Assembly (NCBI GenBank): GCA_024404245.1
Contig: JAKSQH010000001.1
Location: 35,556-99,555 of the forward strand
Direction: 5' to 3'
DNA: 64,000 nucleotides
Source of the DNA: Clostridia bacterium
GTDB lineage: Bacteria; Bacillota; Clostridia; Christensenellales; Aristaeellaceae
Shown: piece by piece, positions 27,202 to 37,190 of the stretch
Numbering within the stretch: the first letter of the stretch is position 1
Layout: each line of letters opens with the position of its first letter
Translations under genes and position numbers: made by a program
Notes under the pieces: model-generated
The model's database searches: none
Told to the model about the DNA's origin: nothing
Seen by the model: the letters and a program-made list of their open reading frames with translations, nothing else

Positions 27202-28648
27202 CCGTGCTGATGATCCCGGCGATCCGTTTACGGAAGACAACGGCGAGCGCAACCATAACAAGCAGGATTCCGTAGCGTACCGCCGGCATCCCGTACAGGA
27301 ACCCGCCGGTCAGGCTGATCACCGTCATACCGACGCTCATGTACAGAATCTGCTTCATATTGTAGATATCCCTGCCCACCGCGCGGCGCATCACGGCACA
27401 GTCAATCACCGCCTGAACGATGTAGCTGATCAGGGTAGTATATCCCGCTGCGGCGTATCCGTATTTCCGGATAAACACGTAATTCAGCACCAGATTCAGC
27501 ACGGTTGCCGTTACGGAACCCGCCATGACACCGGCGGGTTTTTTATAATAATACAGAATATTCGCGTAGATATAGTACTGCACCTGGAAAAACAGACCGC
27601 CGATAATCGGAGGAATCACGCTTACCGCTTCCATGTAATGCTCATTGGAAACGATGCGGACGACCTCCGGCGCGAACATGATCAGCGCTGTGCAGCATAT
27701 GCCGAACAAAAGCAGAATCGGCCTTGTGAACCTGTCGATCGCCGAAAAATCTTCCGTTTTGCATTTTTCATAGGTATACGGCAGCAGGGACGAGTTGACC
27801 GCGGTCCACACCACCAGCACAACCGCGGCCGTGGTATGCGCCACGCTGTAATATGCCACCGCGGCATCGCCGACCAGATGCTCAATCATCAGCTTGTCCG
27901 AGCCTGACAGCAGATAGGTGGACAGGTAATGCGGAATCAGCGGCAGGTTGAACAGAACTGCCGCTTTCCAGTATTCTGTTTTCACCCGGAAACGGTTGCG
28001 GATGCCCAGATAAAGATGAAAACCGGCATAGATCGCGATCATTGTCAGCTCCATCCCGAAAAGGCGTGGATAGAGCCGTTCACCTTCAGGCGCCGCGCAT
28101 ACCGCGATAATTGAAACCGCTGGCGCCGCGATCGCGAGCAACAGTGAAAAAAAGATCACTGCTTTGTATCTGTACTCGTACCGCTGCCATGTCTGCCACA
28201 GGTTGAACGCCGGCTGCACCAGAAACAGGCCGCACATCAGCAGCACCAGCCGCAGGTCCATCTTCAGCAGATCTTTCAGCACCGGATACAGAAGCAGCAG
28301 AACCGCGGAAAAAGCAAGCGTAATCAGGTTGGACAGAATCAGCATTGAGTAGGTATATCCGTTCCGGTCATCCGGGTGCTCAACCATTCCGTTGTTGAAC
28401 ACACCGTAGGACAGGCAGAACATGGCGATGATTCCCAGCACCTGCACCCATGTCAGAAAGGCGGAAGCCTGTCCGAACTCTTCCGGAGAAAGCATGTTCG
28501 TAAAAACGGGCGTGGTGATATATCCCATGCCCAGCGAAACCACACCGGCAAAGAAATAGGCCGCCGATGCTTTCACACCCGCGGACAGTCCCCGCCATTT
28601 CTCCAGCAGCTTCAAGGCGAATCCCCTTTCTCCGGCCTTACCGGGCAC
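27188..28648 (-). CDS. wzx: Wzx-type polysaccharide flippase
   Basis: 12-14 TM MOP-family pattern; ITTPVFT..LSPEEFG, SDKLMI, YYSVA, YGYAAAGYTT. Confidence 0.85.
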   Translation of the reverse strand: MPGKAGERGFALKLLEKWRGLSAGVKASAAYFFAGVVSLGMGYITTPVFTNMLSPEEFGQASAFLTWVQVLGIIAMFCLSYGVFNNGMVEHPDDRNGYTYSMLILSNLITLAFSAVLLLLYPVLKDLLKMDLRLVLLMCGLFLVQPAFNLWQTWQRYEYRYKAVIFFSLLLAIAAPAVSIIAVCAAPEGERLYPRLFGMELTMIAIYAGFHLYLGIRNRFRVKTEYWKAAVLFNLPLIPHYLSTYLLSGSDKLMIEHLVGDAAVAYYSVAHTTAAVVLVVWTAVNSSLLPYTYEKCKTEDFSAIDRFTRPILLLFGICCTALIMFAPEVVRIVSNEHYMEAVSVIPPIIGGLFFQVQYYIYANILYYYKKPAGVMAGSVTATVLNLVLNYVFIRKYGYAAAGYTTLISYIVQAVIDCAVMRRAVGRDIYNMKQILYMSVGMTVISLTGGFLYGMPAVRYGILLVMVALAVVFRKRIAGIISTVRKS

Positions 28649-29396
28649 AGAATTTGCGTTTCAGGAAGCACCATATCTTCACGGGCCAGTTCTGCTTTTC
28701 GGTAAACACCACCCGGCATTCCGAAAACGCGATTTTTTCAGCTTCCAGCCACACATCCGTCAACCGTTCGGCCACATAGCCGAAAACACGCCTGTCCTTC
28801 GGGCTGTATCCGGAAATATCCAGCCGTTTTTCCAGTTCAAAAAGTACCGGAAACAGAAATTCATTATATCTGCAAAAATACGCCTTCGTCATCAGGAACA
28901 TGTTGAACCGATGTCCGCTGCGACGGTCCATTACCCGGTCAAACGCGGCTGTATACCGTTCACCGTACATCCCGTCAAGGATCTCCCTTGTCAGGATCAG
29001 ATCCTCTTCATGATGCGCGTGCACATATTGTGAGCGGTTGGTTTCCACCCAGTAATGCCGTTTCTTCGGCAGAATAACGGAGGATTTCGCCAGAAGCGTT
29101 TCCAGCGCTTTTCCGTTCAGAATCCGCTCATTTTTCGGCTTTATGAGTGTACGCGACGCGAAATAGCGTCTGTAATGGCACAGCCCGTACGCGTCCGCTT
29201 CGCGGTTTTTCCACAGCCAGTACTGCACGGTCAGTTCACAGAAGCCCGGGTTTTTTTCAGAAATACTGTCGCCCTCATTGTCTGCCGTGATTCCGAAGCT
29301 TTCTTTCCCTTCAGCGCCTGCCTGCACCGGCAGATATACCGGATCCGAAGGGAATGTATACGGTTTATGTGACGCCACAGCCACAATCAGGTTCAT
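28638..29396 (-). CDS. DUF4422-family glycosyltransferase (putative galactofuranosyltransferase)
   Basis: VASHK, DSISEKNPGFCELT, GLCHYRRYF, NMF, RVFGYVAERL; adjacent to glf. Confidence 0.85.
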   Translation of the reverse strand: MNLIVAVASHKPYTFPSDPVYLPVQAGAEGKESFGITADNEGDSISEKNPGFCELTVQYWLWKNREADAYGLCHYRRYFASRTLIKPKNERILNGKALETLLAKSSVILPKKRHYWVETNRSQYVHAHHEEDLILTREILDGMYGERYTAAFDRVMDRRSGHRFNMFLMTKAYFCRYNEFLFPVLFELEKRLDISGYSPKDRRVFGYVAERLTDVWLEAEKIAFSECRVVFTEKQNWPVKIWCFLKRKFCAR

Positions 29397-29409
29397 CTTC
29401 ATCCCTCCG

Positions 29410-30522
29410 TCAAAGCGTCTCTGCCGCATTCAGCGCCTCCGCGACAACCCGGTCCATATCCAGATACCGGTATGTTCCGAGACGGCCCCCGAACAAAACC
29501 TTCTCTTCCTTTTCCGCCAGTTCACGGTACCGGTTGTATAATGCCCCGTTTTCCTCATTGTTCACAGGATAGTACGGTTCATCACCCGGTTTCCATTCAT
29601 AACTGTACTCGCGGCTGATCACAGTGCCGTGTACGGGGTTTCCCGCGGCATCCAGGCCGAAGTTGAACCATTTGTGTTCAATAATCCGGGTCCACGGCGT
29701 TTCACGGTCCGTATAGTTCACAACGGCATTCCCCTGATAGTCATCCGTGTCCGGGTATTCCCGCTCAAAGCGTACCGTACGGTACTGCAGCGGCCCGTAC
29801 CGGTAACCGTAAAACGCGTCAACCGGTCCCGTATAGATCACACGTTCTGTCATGGCGTCATACAGCTCACGGTCCCGCAGATAATCCGTTCCGGTTCTGA
29901 CTTCCGCGCCCGCCAGCATCCGCTCTGTCATCGCGGTATAACCGTCCTTCGGAATACCCTGATAAGCGGCATCGAAATAATTGCTGTCCCTGTTGAAGCG
30001 CACCGGCAGCCTGCGAATAATAAACGCCGGCAGATCCCTGCATTCCCGCCCCCACTGCTTTTCCGTATATCCTTTGACCAGTTTTTCATAGATATCCGTT
30101 CCGACCAGTGAAATCGCCTGTTCTTCAAGGTTCCGCGGTTCACCGCCAAGGTAATCCGCCCGTTGCTTCTCTATGATTGCTTTAGCCTCATCCGGCGTTG
30201 ATACATTCCACAGTTCGGAGAAGGTGCGCATCGTGAACGGAAGCGAGTAAATCTCACCGTGATAGTTGGCTTTCGGTGAATTGACAAAGCTGTTGAATTC
30301 CGCGAAACGGTTCACATAATCCCAGACACGCGCGTCATTTGTATGAAAGATATGCGCTCCGTACACATGAACCTGTATTCCGTGATCGTTTTCAGTGTAA
30401 ATGTTGCCGCCGACATGACCGCGTTTTTCCAGCACAAGCACACGCATCCCGCGCTCAAGCAACTGCTGCGCGACAACCGCTCCGTACAGACCGGCTCCGA
30501 CAATCACGGCATCATATGTCAT
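29410..30522 (-). CDS. glf: UDP-galactopyranose mutase
   Basis: VGAGLYG, YGAHIFHT, GYTEKQWG, EPYYP, GRLGTYRYLDM. Confidence 0.97.
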   Translation of the reverse strand: MTYDAVIVGAGLYGAVVAQQLLERGMRVLVLEKRGHVGGNIYTENDHGIQVHVYGAHIFHTNDARVWDYVNRFAEFNSFVNSPKANYHGEIYSLPFTMRTFSELWNVSTPDEAKAIIEKQRADYLGGEPRNLEEQAISLVGTDIYEKLVKGYTEKQWGRECRDLPAFIIRRLPVRFNRDSNYFDAAYQGIPKDGYTAMTERMLAGAEVRTGTDYLRDRELYDAMTERVIYTGPVDAFYGYRYGPLQYRTVRFEREYPDTDDYQGNAVVNYTDRETPWTRIIEHKWFNFGLDAAGNPVHGTVISREYSYEWKPGDEPYYPVNNEENGALYNRYRELAEKEEKVLFGGRLGTYRYLDMDRVVAEALNAAETL

Positions 30523-31939
30523 CGTCCGTCCTGCCTTTCGCGTGTTTACCGTCCCGGATCACGACCTCGGAATTGATCATTCCGCCGAACACGGTGGACC
30601 ACATGATTTTCAGATCCAGCTCCGGCGACCAGTCGTCTATGTATTCAAGATCCAGCTTCACACGCTCCGCGATGCTTGTATCGCCGCGATAGCCGTTCAC
30701 CTGGGCAAGCCCGGTGATGCCCGGCCGTACCTGCTGGCGTACCAGATAACGCGGAATTTCATTTTTGAAGTGGTCAATATGATACGGAATTTCAGGCCGG
30801 GGACCGACAACACTCATATCGCCGCGAAGCACATTGAAAAACTGCGGCAGCTCATCCAGGCTGAATTTGCGGATAAAGCTTCCGAACTTTGTTTTCCGCG
30901 GGTCTCCGTCCGTGCTCCAGCCGGTTGATTCCGAGTCCGTTACCCGCATACTGCGGAATTTGTACATATTGAACAGTTTTTTGTTGCGGCCCATCCGTTC
31001 CTGTTTGAAAATGACAGGGCCCGGACTGGAAATTTTGACTCCCGCCGCGATCAGCAGCATCAACGGACTGAGTACAACCAGCGCGAATACCGAAATCAGG
31101 ATATCCGTAAGGCGTTTCAGAAACGCGTTTGCCGGGTTATCCAGCGGTGTGGCTCTCAGGTCCACCAGACGCGTGTTGCCGATCACACCGATTGTCGGAT
31201 GTTTCGGATAATAATCATTAAAGAAAGGAATCATCTCCACATAGGTTCCTTCCTTGTCCGCCGCGTCCAGAATCATCGGCAGGAACTTCGTTTCATGCGG
31301 TTCCAGCGCTACCACAATACCGTCATACAGCCCGCTTTCAAGAATTTCCGCCAGCTGCTCGTAACTGCCTAGGCATTCTCCCAGTTCCGGGCGGACAGAA
31401 GCGCTCACATAGCCGTCCACACGGATACCGCAGAAGGTATTCTCCTCCACATCCTTCAGGTATCCCGCCGCGTAGGATCCGTTGCCTACAACAATAAAAT
31501 GCTTGAGATTCCTGCCGTTCGACCGGAGAGCATGCAAAAACGCGTGCAGAACAATGTGTTTCAGGCTGATCAGCGCGGAACACAACAGCCAGCCGATCGC
31601 AATCGCCAGACGGGACATATCAATCTGGCGGAACACGAACATTGCCGCCATCAGGATCAAAGCGCAGATGCCGCACGCCATAAAAATACGCACAGTATTG
31701 CTTCCCGCCATTTTGAGCCTCTGCGGCGCGTAAAGCCGGAAAAGGAACAGAACACCCGTATTCACCGCGGCAAAAAGCGCGGCATAGGCGGTCATCTCAC
31801 CGGTTGTCAGATCCAGATTCAATATGCCGTCCAGAACAACATAACGGATATTCCACGCGATAACACCCGAGATCCATAGAATGATAAAGTCGGAGATCAC
31901 ATTGATCACATTCAGGATCGTCTGGTTCTTTTTGATCAC
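30512..31939 (-). CDS. Undecaprenyl-phosphate sugar-1-phosphate transferase (WcaJ/CpsE type)
   Basis: Four N-terminal TM helices, CoA-binding-like middle, C-terminal KFRSM, SLDELPQFFNVLRGDMSVVGPRP, PGITGLAQV. Confidence 0.93.
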   Translation of the reverse strand: MIKKNQTILNVINVISDFIILWISGVIAWNIRYVVLDGILNLDLTTGEMTAYAALFAAVNTGVLFLFRLYAPQRLKMAGSNTVRIFMACGICALILMAAMFVFRQIDMSRLAIAIGWLLCSALISLKHIVLHAFLHALRSNGRNLKHFIVVGNGSYAAGYLKDVEENTFCGIRVDGYVSASVRPELGECLGSYEQLAEILESGLYDGIVVALEPHETKFLPMILDAADKEGTYVEMIPFFNDYYPKHPTIGVIGNTRLVDLRATPLDNPANAFLKRLTDILISVFALVVLSPLMLLIAAGVKISSPGPVIFKQERMGRNKKLFNMYKFRSMRVTDSESTGWSTDGDPRKTKFGSFIRKFSLDELPQFFNVLRGDMSVVGPRPEIPYHIDHFKNEIPRYLVRQQVRPGITGLAQVNGYRGDTSIAERVKLDLEYIDDWSPELDLKIMWSTVFGGMINSEVVIRDGKHAKGRTDDDI

Positions 31940-31988
31940 AGTATCCCCTCCCGTTCCGGATGTTTGTCAATTGAAGCACTGCCGGTAA

Positions 31989-32930
31989 TCACTTTTTTTC
32001 TTTCAGAAGCTCGGGCTTTTTCTGCCGTACAATACGCAGTGCGGCTTTCAGCGCGACTTCCTCATCGTCGCTTTCAAGCAACGCTTTCAGCTTTTTGACC
32101 TCGGCTTCCTGTTTCTTTGCTTTCTCCCGTTCGACTCTTAGCGCGTGTTCTTCCGCAAGCGCCGTAATTTCTTCCGCGTTTTCCGGAAGTCTCTTTGTCT
32201 GCAGGAACTCCTCATACGCGTCACAGAGTTCCTGGACATTATCCCCGAAAGCGATCTGCCTGCCGTGATCCAGCCACAGAATCTTATTGCACATTTCCCG
32301 CACCTGGCTGATGGAATGTGATACCAGAATGCCGGTCACACCGTGCGACAGAATCTCCTTCATCTTGTCACCGCTCTTTTTGCGGAACGCGCCGTCACCG
32401 ACAGACAGCACCTCGTCCAGAATCATGATATCCGGATCGACAAGGCACGCGATTGAAAACGCGAGTCGGCTTTTCATACCGGAGGACAGCTGCTTGAACG
32501 GCCGGTTCTGAAAATCCTCCAGTTCCGCGAAAGCGATTATCTTGCCGTACATTTCATCCATAAACGCGCGTGTATATCCCAGAAACGCGCCGCGCAGGTA
32601 TGTGTTTTCCTTTACCGTCAGGTCTCCGTCAAAGCCGGATGCCAGCTCAAGCAATGCCGCGATTGTCCCCTTAACTTTGATTTTTCCCTTAGTGGGGACC
32701 ATAATACCCGCGATTGCTTTCAGCAACGTACTTTTCCCGGCGCCGTTGCCACCGATAATGCCCAGCATATCTCCCTGATCAAGCGAAAATGTGATATCCC
32801 TGTCCGCCCAGAAATTAACCACATGATAATTCCCTTTCAGTTTGCGGACAACATATTCCTTCAGCCCGATATCCTTGAAATCCCCTGTGATATACCGTAT
32901 GGAAACACCTTTTGCGTCAATAACTTTCAT
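31989..32930 (-). CDS. wzt: Polysaccharide/teichoic acid ABC exporter ATPase (Wzt/TagH)
   Basis: GGNGAGKST, LSSGMKSRLAF, ILDEVLSVGD, VSH. Confidence 0.92.
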   Translation of the reverse strand: MKVIDAKGVSIRYITGDFKDIGLKEYVVRKLKGNYHVVNFWADRDITFSLDQGDMLGIIGGNGAGKSTLLKAIAGIMVPTKGKIKVKGTIAALLELASGFDGDLTVKENTYLRGAFLGYTRAFMDEMYGKIIAFAELEDFQNRPFKQLSSGMKSRLAFSIACLVDPDIMILDEVLSVGDGAFRKKSGDKMKEILSHGVTGILVSHSISQVREMCNKILWLDHGRQIAFGDNVQELCDAYEEFLQTKRLPENAEEITALAEEHALRVEREKAKKQEAEVKKLKALLESDDEEVALKAALRIVRQKKPELLKEKK

Positions 32931-32944
32931 TATCCCGGACCTCG

Positions 32945-33724
32945 TTACACATAGTACAGGAATCTGTGGTTCTGTTTTTTATAAATCAGCGCGCCGATAC
33001 CGAGCGCGATCAGCGCGTACAGCAGCAGCAGACCGTGATACATCAGACTCGGCACCGTACCGTTGATCACAATCACACGTACATATTTGATATTCACATA
33101 CACCGGATTAAGCAGGAACAGCCGTTGCACCTGTTCCGGATAAGCCGAAACATCATAGAAAATCGCCGACATATACAACAGCAACCGCACAAAGATATCA
33201 TACAGATATTTCGTATCCTGAAAAAACACATGCATCGCCGACAGAATCATCCCAAAGCCGATATTGAACACCGTCAGCGTACAGATCGGATAGAATATCA
33301 TCAGGCAGCTCGGTTTGAAAGTAACCCCGTCAATCGCCGCGAAAACAAAGAAAACAACCATTGACAGGAGGAAATTGAAGACCGAGGATACATTCTTGCT
33401 GAGCAAAAACAGATATTTCGGTACATTAATCTTTGTGAAAATCGCCGAATTCCCGCGAAGCGCGGTCATTCCGCCGCTCGTGGACTCCTTGAAAAAATTG
33501 AACATCAGGTTTCCCGCGAACAGGTAGGTTGTGTAAAACGGCATATCTCTGCCGAAGAACCGGGTAAAAATCAGCCTCATTACCAGCAGAATCAGTAAGG
33601 GAGAAAGAATGCTCCACCCCATGCCGAGTACAGTCCGCTTGTATTTCTGTTTAAAATCGCGTTTTACCAGTTCCTCGAACAGGAAACGGTTTGCCTTCAG
33701 TTTCCTGATTTTTTTCTTAAGCAT
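32945..33724 (-). CDS. wzm: Polysaccharide ABC exporter permease (Wzm/TagG)
   Basis: RDFKQKYKRTVLG..WSILSPL, LLNPV; six TM helices. Confidence 0.92.
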   Translation of the reverse strand: MLKKKIRKLKANRFLFEELVKRDFKQKYKRTVLGMGWSILSPLLILLVMRLIFTRFFGRDMPFYTTYLFAGNLMFNFFKESTSGGMTALRGNSAIFTKINVPKYLFLLSKNVSSVFNFLLSMVVFFVFAAIDGVTFKPSCLMIFYPICTLTVFNIGFGMILSAMHVFFQDTKYLYDIFVRLLLYMSAIFYDVSAYPEQVQRLFLLNPVYVNIKYVRVIVINGTVPSLMYHGLLLLYALIALGIGALIYKKQNHRFLYYV

Positions 33725-33793
33725 CAGCTTTTCTCCATCCGGGTTCCGCACGGTGTACCGTCCGGTATGCATCGTGCCGCCCGCGCGTATTTT

Positions 33794-35023
33794 TTATACA
33801 ACAGCCCACACCGCGCAGGGAACGGCTGTTGTGTTTTCTCCAAAGTAATCCCGCAGGAAATCCGGATTGTCAACCGGAATCACGAGCGCCAGATCGTCAG
33901 TCATAACGCTCAGTGTTCCTTCTTCAATAATGATCTCCGCCGTCATCACCGGTGCAACTTCCGGAATCGCCACAAACTCCGTAACATGAATCACATCCGG
34001 GTCCGTCATCAGATATTTCTTTGCTCCGGGCAACTGACCCACCCCGCCGACACCTTCGGAAAAGGTAATTGCCATATAATCCGCCGTGATCATTCTAGCG
34101 CTGAACGGACGTGCCGTCTCTGTACCGGCGGTTTCAATCACAAACGCGGTCGATTTGCCTTCCGGAAGCAGATATATCTCAATACCGTTCGGAAGCTTTG
34201 GTACGGGCGTTGATGCCGGCCTCGCGGGTGCTGCCGTTATTCCGGGCGTACCCGTCGTTTCCGGAGCAGCCGGTGTTTCCGTTGTTTCCGGAATAACCGG
34301 ATTCTCCGTTTGTTCAGGAGCTTTCGGGTTCTCTGTCGTGTCAGACGGCACGGGAGAATCCTCCGGTGCCTTCGTCGGCTCCTGTGTCGGTGTTTTTGTC
34401 GGCACAGGCGCCGGAGCTTTCGTCGGTACAGGCGTCGGAGCCTTCGTCGGTACATTGGTCGGCCTTGCTGTCGGTGCTGGTGTCATTATCTCCGTTGGTG
34501 CCGGGGTTTTTTTCTGTTTCGCGGTCTGCGTCGGCGTGGCTGTTTTCTTCTTTTTCGGTTTTTTCGTCGGTGCGGGAGTTGTTTCATCATCCGGTCCGGC
34601 GGTCTTTACCGTGGGTGTATCCGTCCCGACCGGTTCCGCGGTCGGCAGCGGTTCCGATGTCGGTACTGCTGTCGGCGCGGGAGTAAGTGTCGGTATCACT
34701 TCCTGCGCCAGAATCACCGCACCGCATACATCGCAGCGGATGCCTTCTGTCAATCCGGTTTCTGTTTCTGTCGCCGGTACCATCGGTATTTTCACAGGAT
34801 TATGCCCGTAAGGCAGAAGCTCCGTCCTCGGTGTCAGCATGATGCCGCAGATCCGGCAGTAAGTACCGCCGACATATCCATATTCTGTGCAGGTAGGAAA
34901 TTCCACCGGATAATCAGCGGGTTCATGTTCAGTACAAATGCTTTCCGTAAGCGCCGGACCGCCGGCCGTCAGCAGCACAAGACACAAGAAAAGTGCTGTC
35001 AGATATCGCTTCATTTGTCTCAT
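33794..35023 (-). CDS. Secreted Pro/Thr-rich protein with N-terminal Cys/His repeats
   Basis: Signal peptide; H...PTC...G...CxxCG repeats; long PT/PTKAP linker; small C-terminal domain. Confidence 0.75.
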   Translation of the reverse strand: MRQMKRYLTALFLCLVLLTAGGPALTESICTEHEPADYPVEFPTCTEYGYVGGTYCRICGIMLTPRTELLPYGHNPVKIPMVPATETETGLTEGIRCDVCGAVILAQEVIPTLTPAPTAVPTSEPLPTAEPVGTDTPTVKTAGPDDETTPAPTKKPKKKKTATPTQTAKQKKTPAPTEIMTPAPTARPTNVPTKAPTPVPTKAPAPVPTKTPTQEPTKAPEDSPVPSDTTENPKAPEQTENPVIPETTETPAAPETTGTPGITAAPARPASTPVPKLPNGIEIYLLPEGKSTAFVIETAGTETARPFSARMITADYMAITFSEGVGGVGQLPGAKKYLMTDPDVIHVTEFVAIPEVAPVMTAEIIIEEGTLSVMTDDLALVIPVDNPDFLRDYFGENTTAVPCAVWAVV

Positions 35024-35063
35024 GCTCCTTTCCCGTACCGCTATATATTATCACGGAACAGGT

Positions 35064-35098
35064 AAAAAAGACAAGACGCCGCGCCGCGGCGTCCTGCC
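35064..35098 (-). terminator. Intrinsic terminator of rny
   Basis: Minus strand GGCAGGACGCCGC...GCGGCGTCTTGTC-TTTTTT. Confidence 0.8.
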
Positions 35099-35112
35099 TT
35101 CATCCGGTTCGC

Positions 35113-36675
35113 TTATTTCGCGAACTCGGTGCTCCGGGTCTCGCGGATCACGTTCACGCGGATCTGGCCCGGGTACTCCATCTGTTCTTCAATACGTTTG
35201 GCGATTTCCTTCGCAAGCACTTTGGTACCCTCGTCCGTAACATCTTCGGGTTTCACCATGATGCGAACCTCGCGGCCGCTCTGAATAGCATAGCACTTTT
35301 CAACGCCGTCGAAGCTGTTCGCGATTTCCTCAAGCTTTTCAAGGCGCTTGATATAGTTTTCCAGACTCTCGCGACGCGCGCCGGGACGGGCGGCGGAAAT
35401 CGCGTCCGCGGCCTGCACCAGCACGGCTTCAACCGTCTGGGGTTCCACATCGTTATGATGCGCCAGAATGCAGTGTACAACATCGTTGTTCTCGTGATAC
35501 TTGCGGGCCAGTTCTCCGCCCAGCGATACATGCGTACCCTCGGCTTCATGGTCTACGGCCTTACCGATATCATGCAGCAGGCCGGCACGCTTCGCGAGCT
35601 GGACATCCGCGCCCAGTTCCGCGGCCATAAGACCCGCCAGATGGCTGACCTCGATGGAATGCTTGAGTACATTCTGGCCGTAGCTGGTGCGGTATTTCAG
35701 GCGGCCCAGCAACTTGACCAGTTCGTGGTGAATACCGTGCTGATTGGTTTCAAACACAGCGTTTTCGCCGGCTTCACGGATCTGGTTCTCAACTTCCTTT
35801 TTGGCCTTCTCAACGGTTTCCTCAATACGTGCGGGATGAATGCGACCGTCCATAATCAGCTTTTCCACGGCTACACGGGCAATTTCGCGGCGTACGGGGT
35901 CAAACGCGGAAACAATCACCGCTTCAGGTGTGTCATCAATGATCAGATCCACGCCCGTTGCTGTTTCAAGCGCACGGATATTGCGGCCTTCACGGCCGAT
36001 AATACGGCCTTTCATATCATCATTGGGCAGCGAGATCACGCTCACGGTGGACTCTGCCACATGATCGGCAGCGCACTTCTGAATCGCCAGGGCGATAATG
36101 TTGCGCGCTTTCTTCTCGCCGTCCTCCTTGGCTTGCTGTTCGATATCGCGGACCATCGCAGCGGCATCATGGAAAGCTTCTTTCTGAACGCGTTCAACGA
36201 TAATCTGCTTCGCCTCATCGGCCGTCAGGCCGGCAATGCGTTCCAGTTCGGTATGCTGCTTGTCACGGTATTGCTCAGCTTCTTCACGAAGCTTCTGCAG
36301 TTCCTCGTTCTTCTTATTCAGCCCTTCTTCGCGGGCTTCCAGATTATCCGCTTTCTTTTCCAGCGTTTCCTCGCGCTGGCTCAGACGGCGTTCTGTACGC
36401 TGCACTTCATTCCGGCGCTCACGCAGTTCACGGTCGTTTTCGGCTTTCTCACGGTCATTTTCCGCCTTGGCCTTCAGAATCTCTTCCTTGGCTTCCAGCA
36501 CCTTTTCCTTTTTGTAATCCTCAGCCTTTTTCACGGCATCGTCATACAGGCGTTTCGCGGTTTCCTCAGTACGGTCAATCTTCTTTTCCATGTAACCCTT
36601 GCGATATGTATAGCCGATCAGCGCGCCGATCACGGCAGTCGCCACGGCAATCGCAATACAGACAATCGGACTCAT
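35113..36675 (-). CDS. rny: Ribonuclease Y
   Basis: N-terminal TM, coiled coil, KH ([13 protein letters not shown]), HD (LLHDIGK), ARPGAR. Confidence 0.98.
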   Translation of the reverse strand: MSPIVCIAIAVATAVIGALIGYTYRKGYMEKKIDRTEETAKRLYDDAVKKAEDYKKEKVLEAKEEILKAKAENDREKAENDRELRERRNEVQRTERRLSQREETLEKKADNLEAREEGLNKKNEELQKLREEAEQYRDKQHTELERIAGLTADEAKQIIVERVQKEAFHDAAAMVRDIEQQAKEDGEKKARNIIALAIQKCAADHVAESTVSVISLPNDDMKGRIIGREGRNIRALETATGVDLIIDDTPEAVIVSAFDPVRREIARVAVEKLIMDGRIHPARIEETVEKAKKEVENQIREAGENAVFETNQHGIHHELVKLLGRLKYRTSYGQNVLKHSIEVSHLAGLMAAELGADVQLAKRAGLLHDIGKAVDHEAEGTHVSLGGELARKYHENNDVVHCILAHHNDVEPQTVEAVLVQAADAISAARPGARRESLENYIKRLEKLEEIANSFDGVEKCYAIQSGREVRIMVKPEDVTDEGTKVLAKEIAKRIEEQMEYPGQIRVNVIRETRSTEFAK

Positions 36676-36689
36676 GTTTTCCCTCCCTT

Positions 36690-36938
36690 TCAGTCAGTTT
36701 CTGTTTCATCTTCGGTGGCCCGGTACAACAAAGCCGCGCGAAACACAGTGTTCCGCACGGCTGTACGCTGCTTCAGACAGGCTTGTCCCGGTCAAACCAA
36801 TATCAATATTAAAAAACGTACCGTCCATAGACCCGATATGCTAAATGATATTGAAAAGGAAGCATCGCTTCCAATGGCAAATAAACAGGAGAACCTCTAT
36901 CAAAAACAGCTCGCAGGCATAATATGCCACAGCCGGAC
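36690..36938 (-). promoter_or_regulatory. Long (about 260 nt) rny 5' leader with terminator-like hairpin
   Basis: Lies between the predicted promoter and the RBS; hairpin AGCCGTGCGGAACAC...GTGTTTCGCGCGGCT-TTGTTGT at about 36725-36762. Confidence 0.55.
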
Positions 36939-36943
36939 ATAAT

Positions 36944-36972
36944 ATTTTAACGTTAATGCTTTCCCCTGTCAA
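36944..36972 (-). promoter_or_regulatory. Sigma-A promoter of rny
   Basis: TTGACA-17 nt-TAAAAT on minus strand. Confidence 0.75.
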
Positions 36973-37111
36973 GACCGGATTCATCTCTGTCCGGACATCA
37001 ATTTACTGTCCGGAGGCTGAACACCGCACGGATATCTCAATTCACATACTGATAAACCGGAAAATATAAGGCAGTTTTCTATTCCTTCCTGACCGTTCGA
37101 AAGCATTCAAA

Positions 37112-37140
37112 TTGACAGCAGTGCCGGCAAAGGATATAAT
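37112..37140 (+). promoter_or_regulatory. Consensus sigma-A promoter of the licD operon
   Basis: Perfect TTGACA-17 nt-TATAAT. Confidence 0.85.
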
Positions 37141-37190
37141 AAATTGTTTACTTATACAGATTTGCGGAAACTGCACGGCATGGAGGCAAA

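Noticed and set aside
34370-34460. Short direct repeats (CTTCGTCGGTACA-like)
   Set aside because: They encode PTKAP linker units of the Pro/Thr-rich protein and are not an independent element.
34993-36942. 649-aa plus-strand ORF
   Set aside because: Antisense shadow of rny; no recognisable motifs, and explained by codon bias of the real gene.
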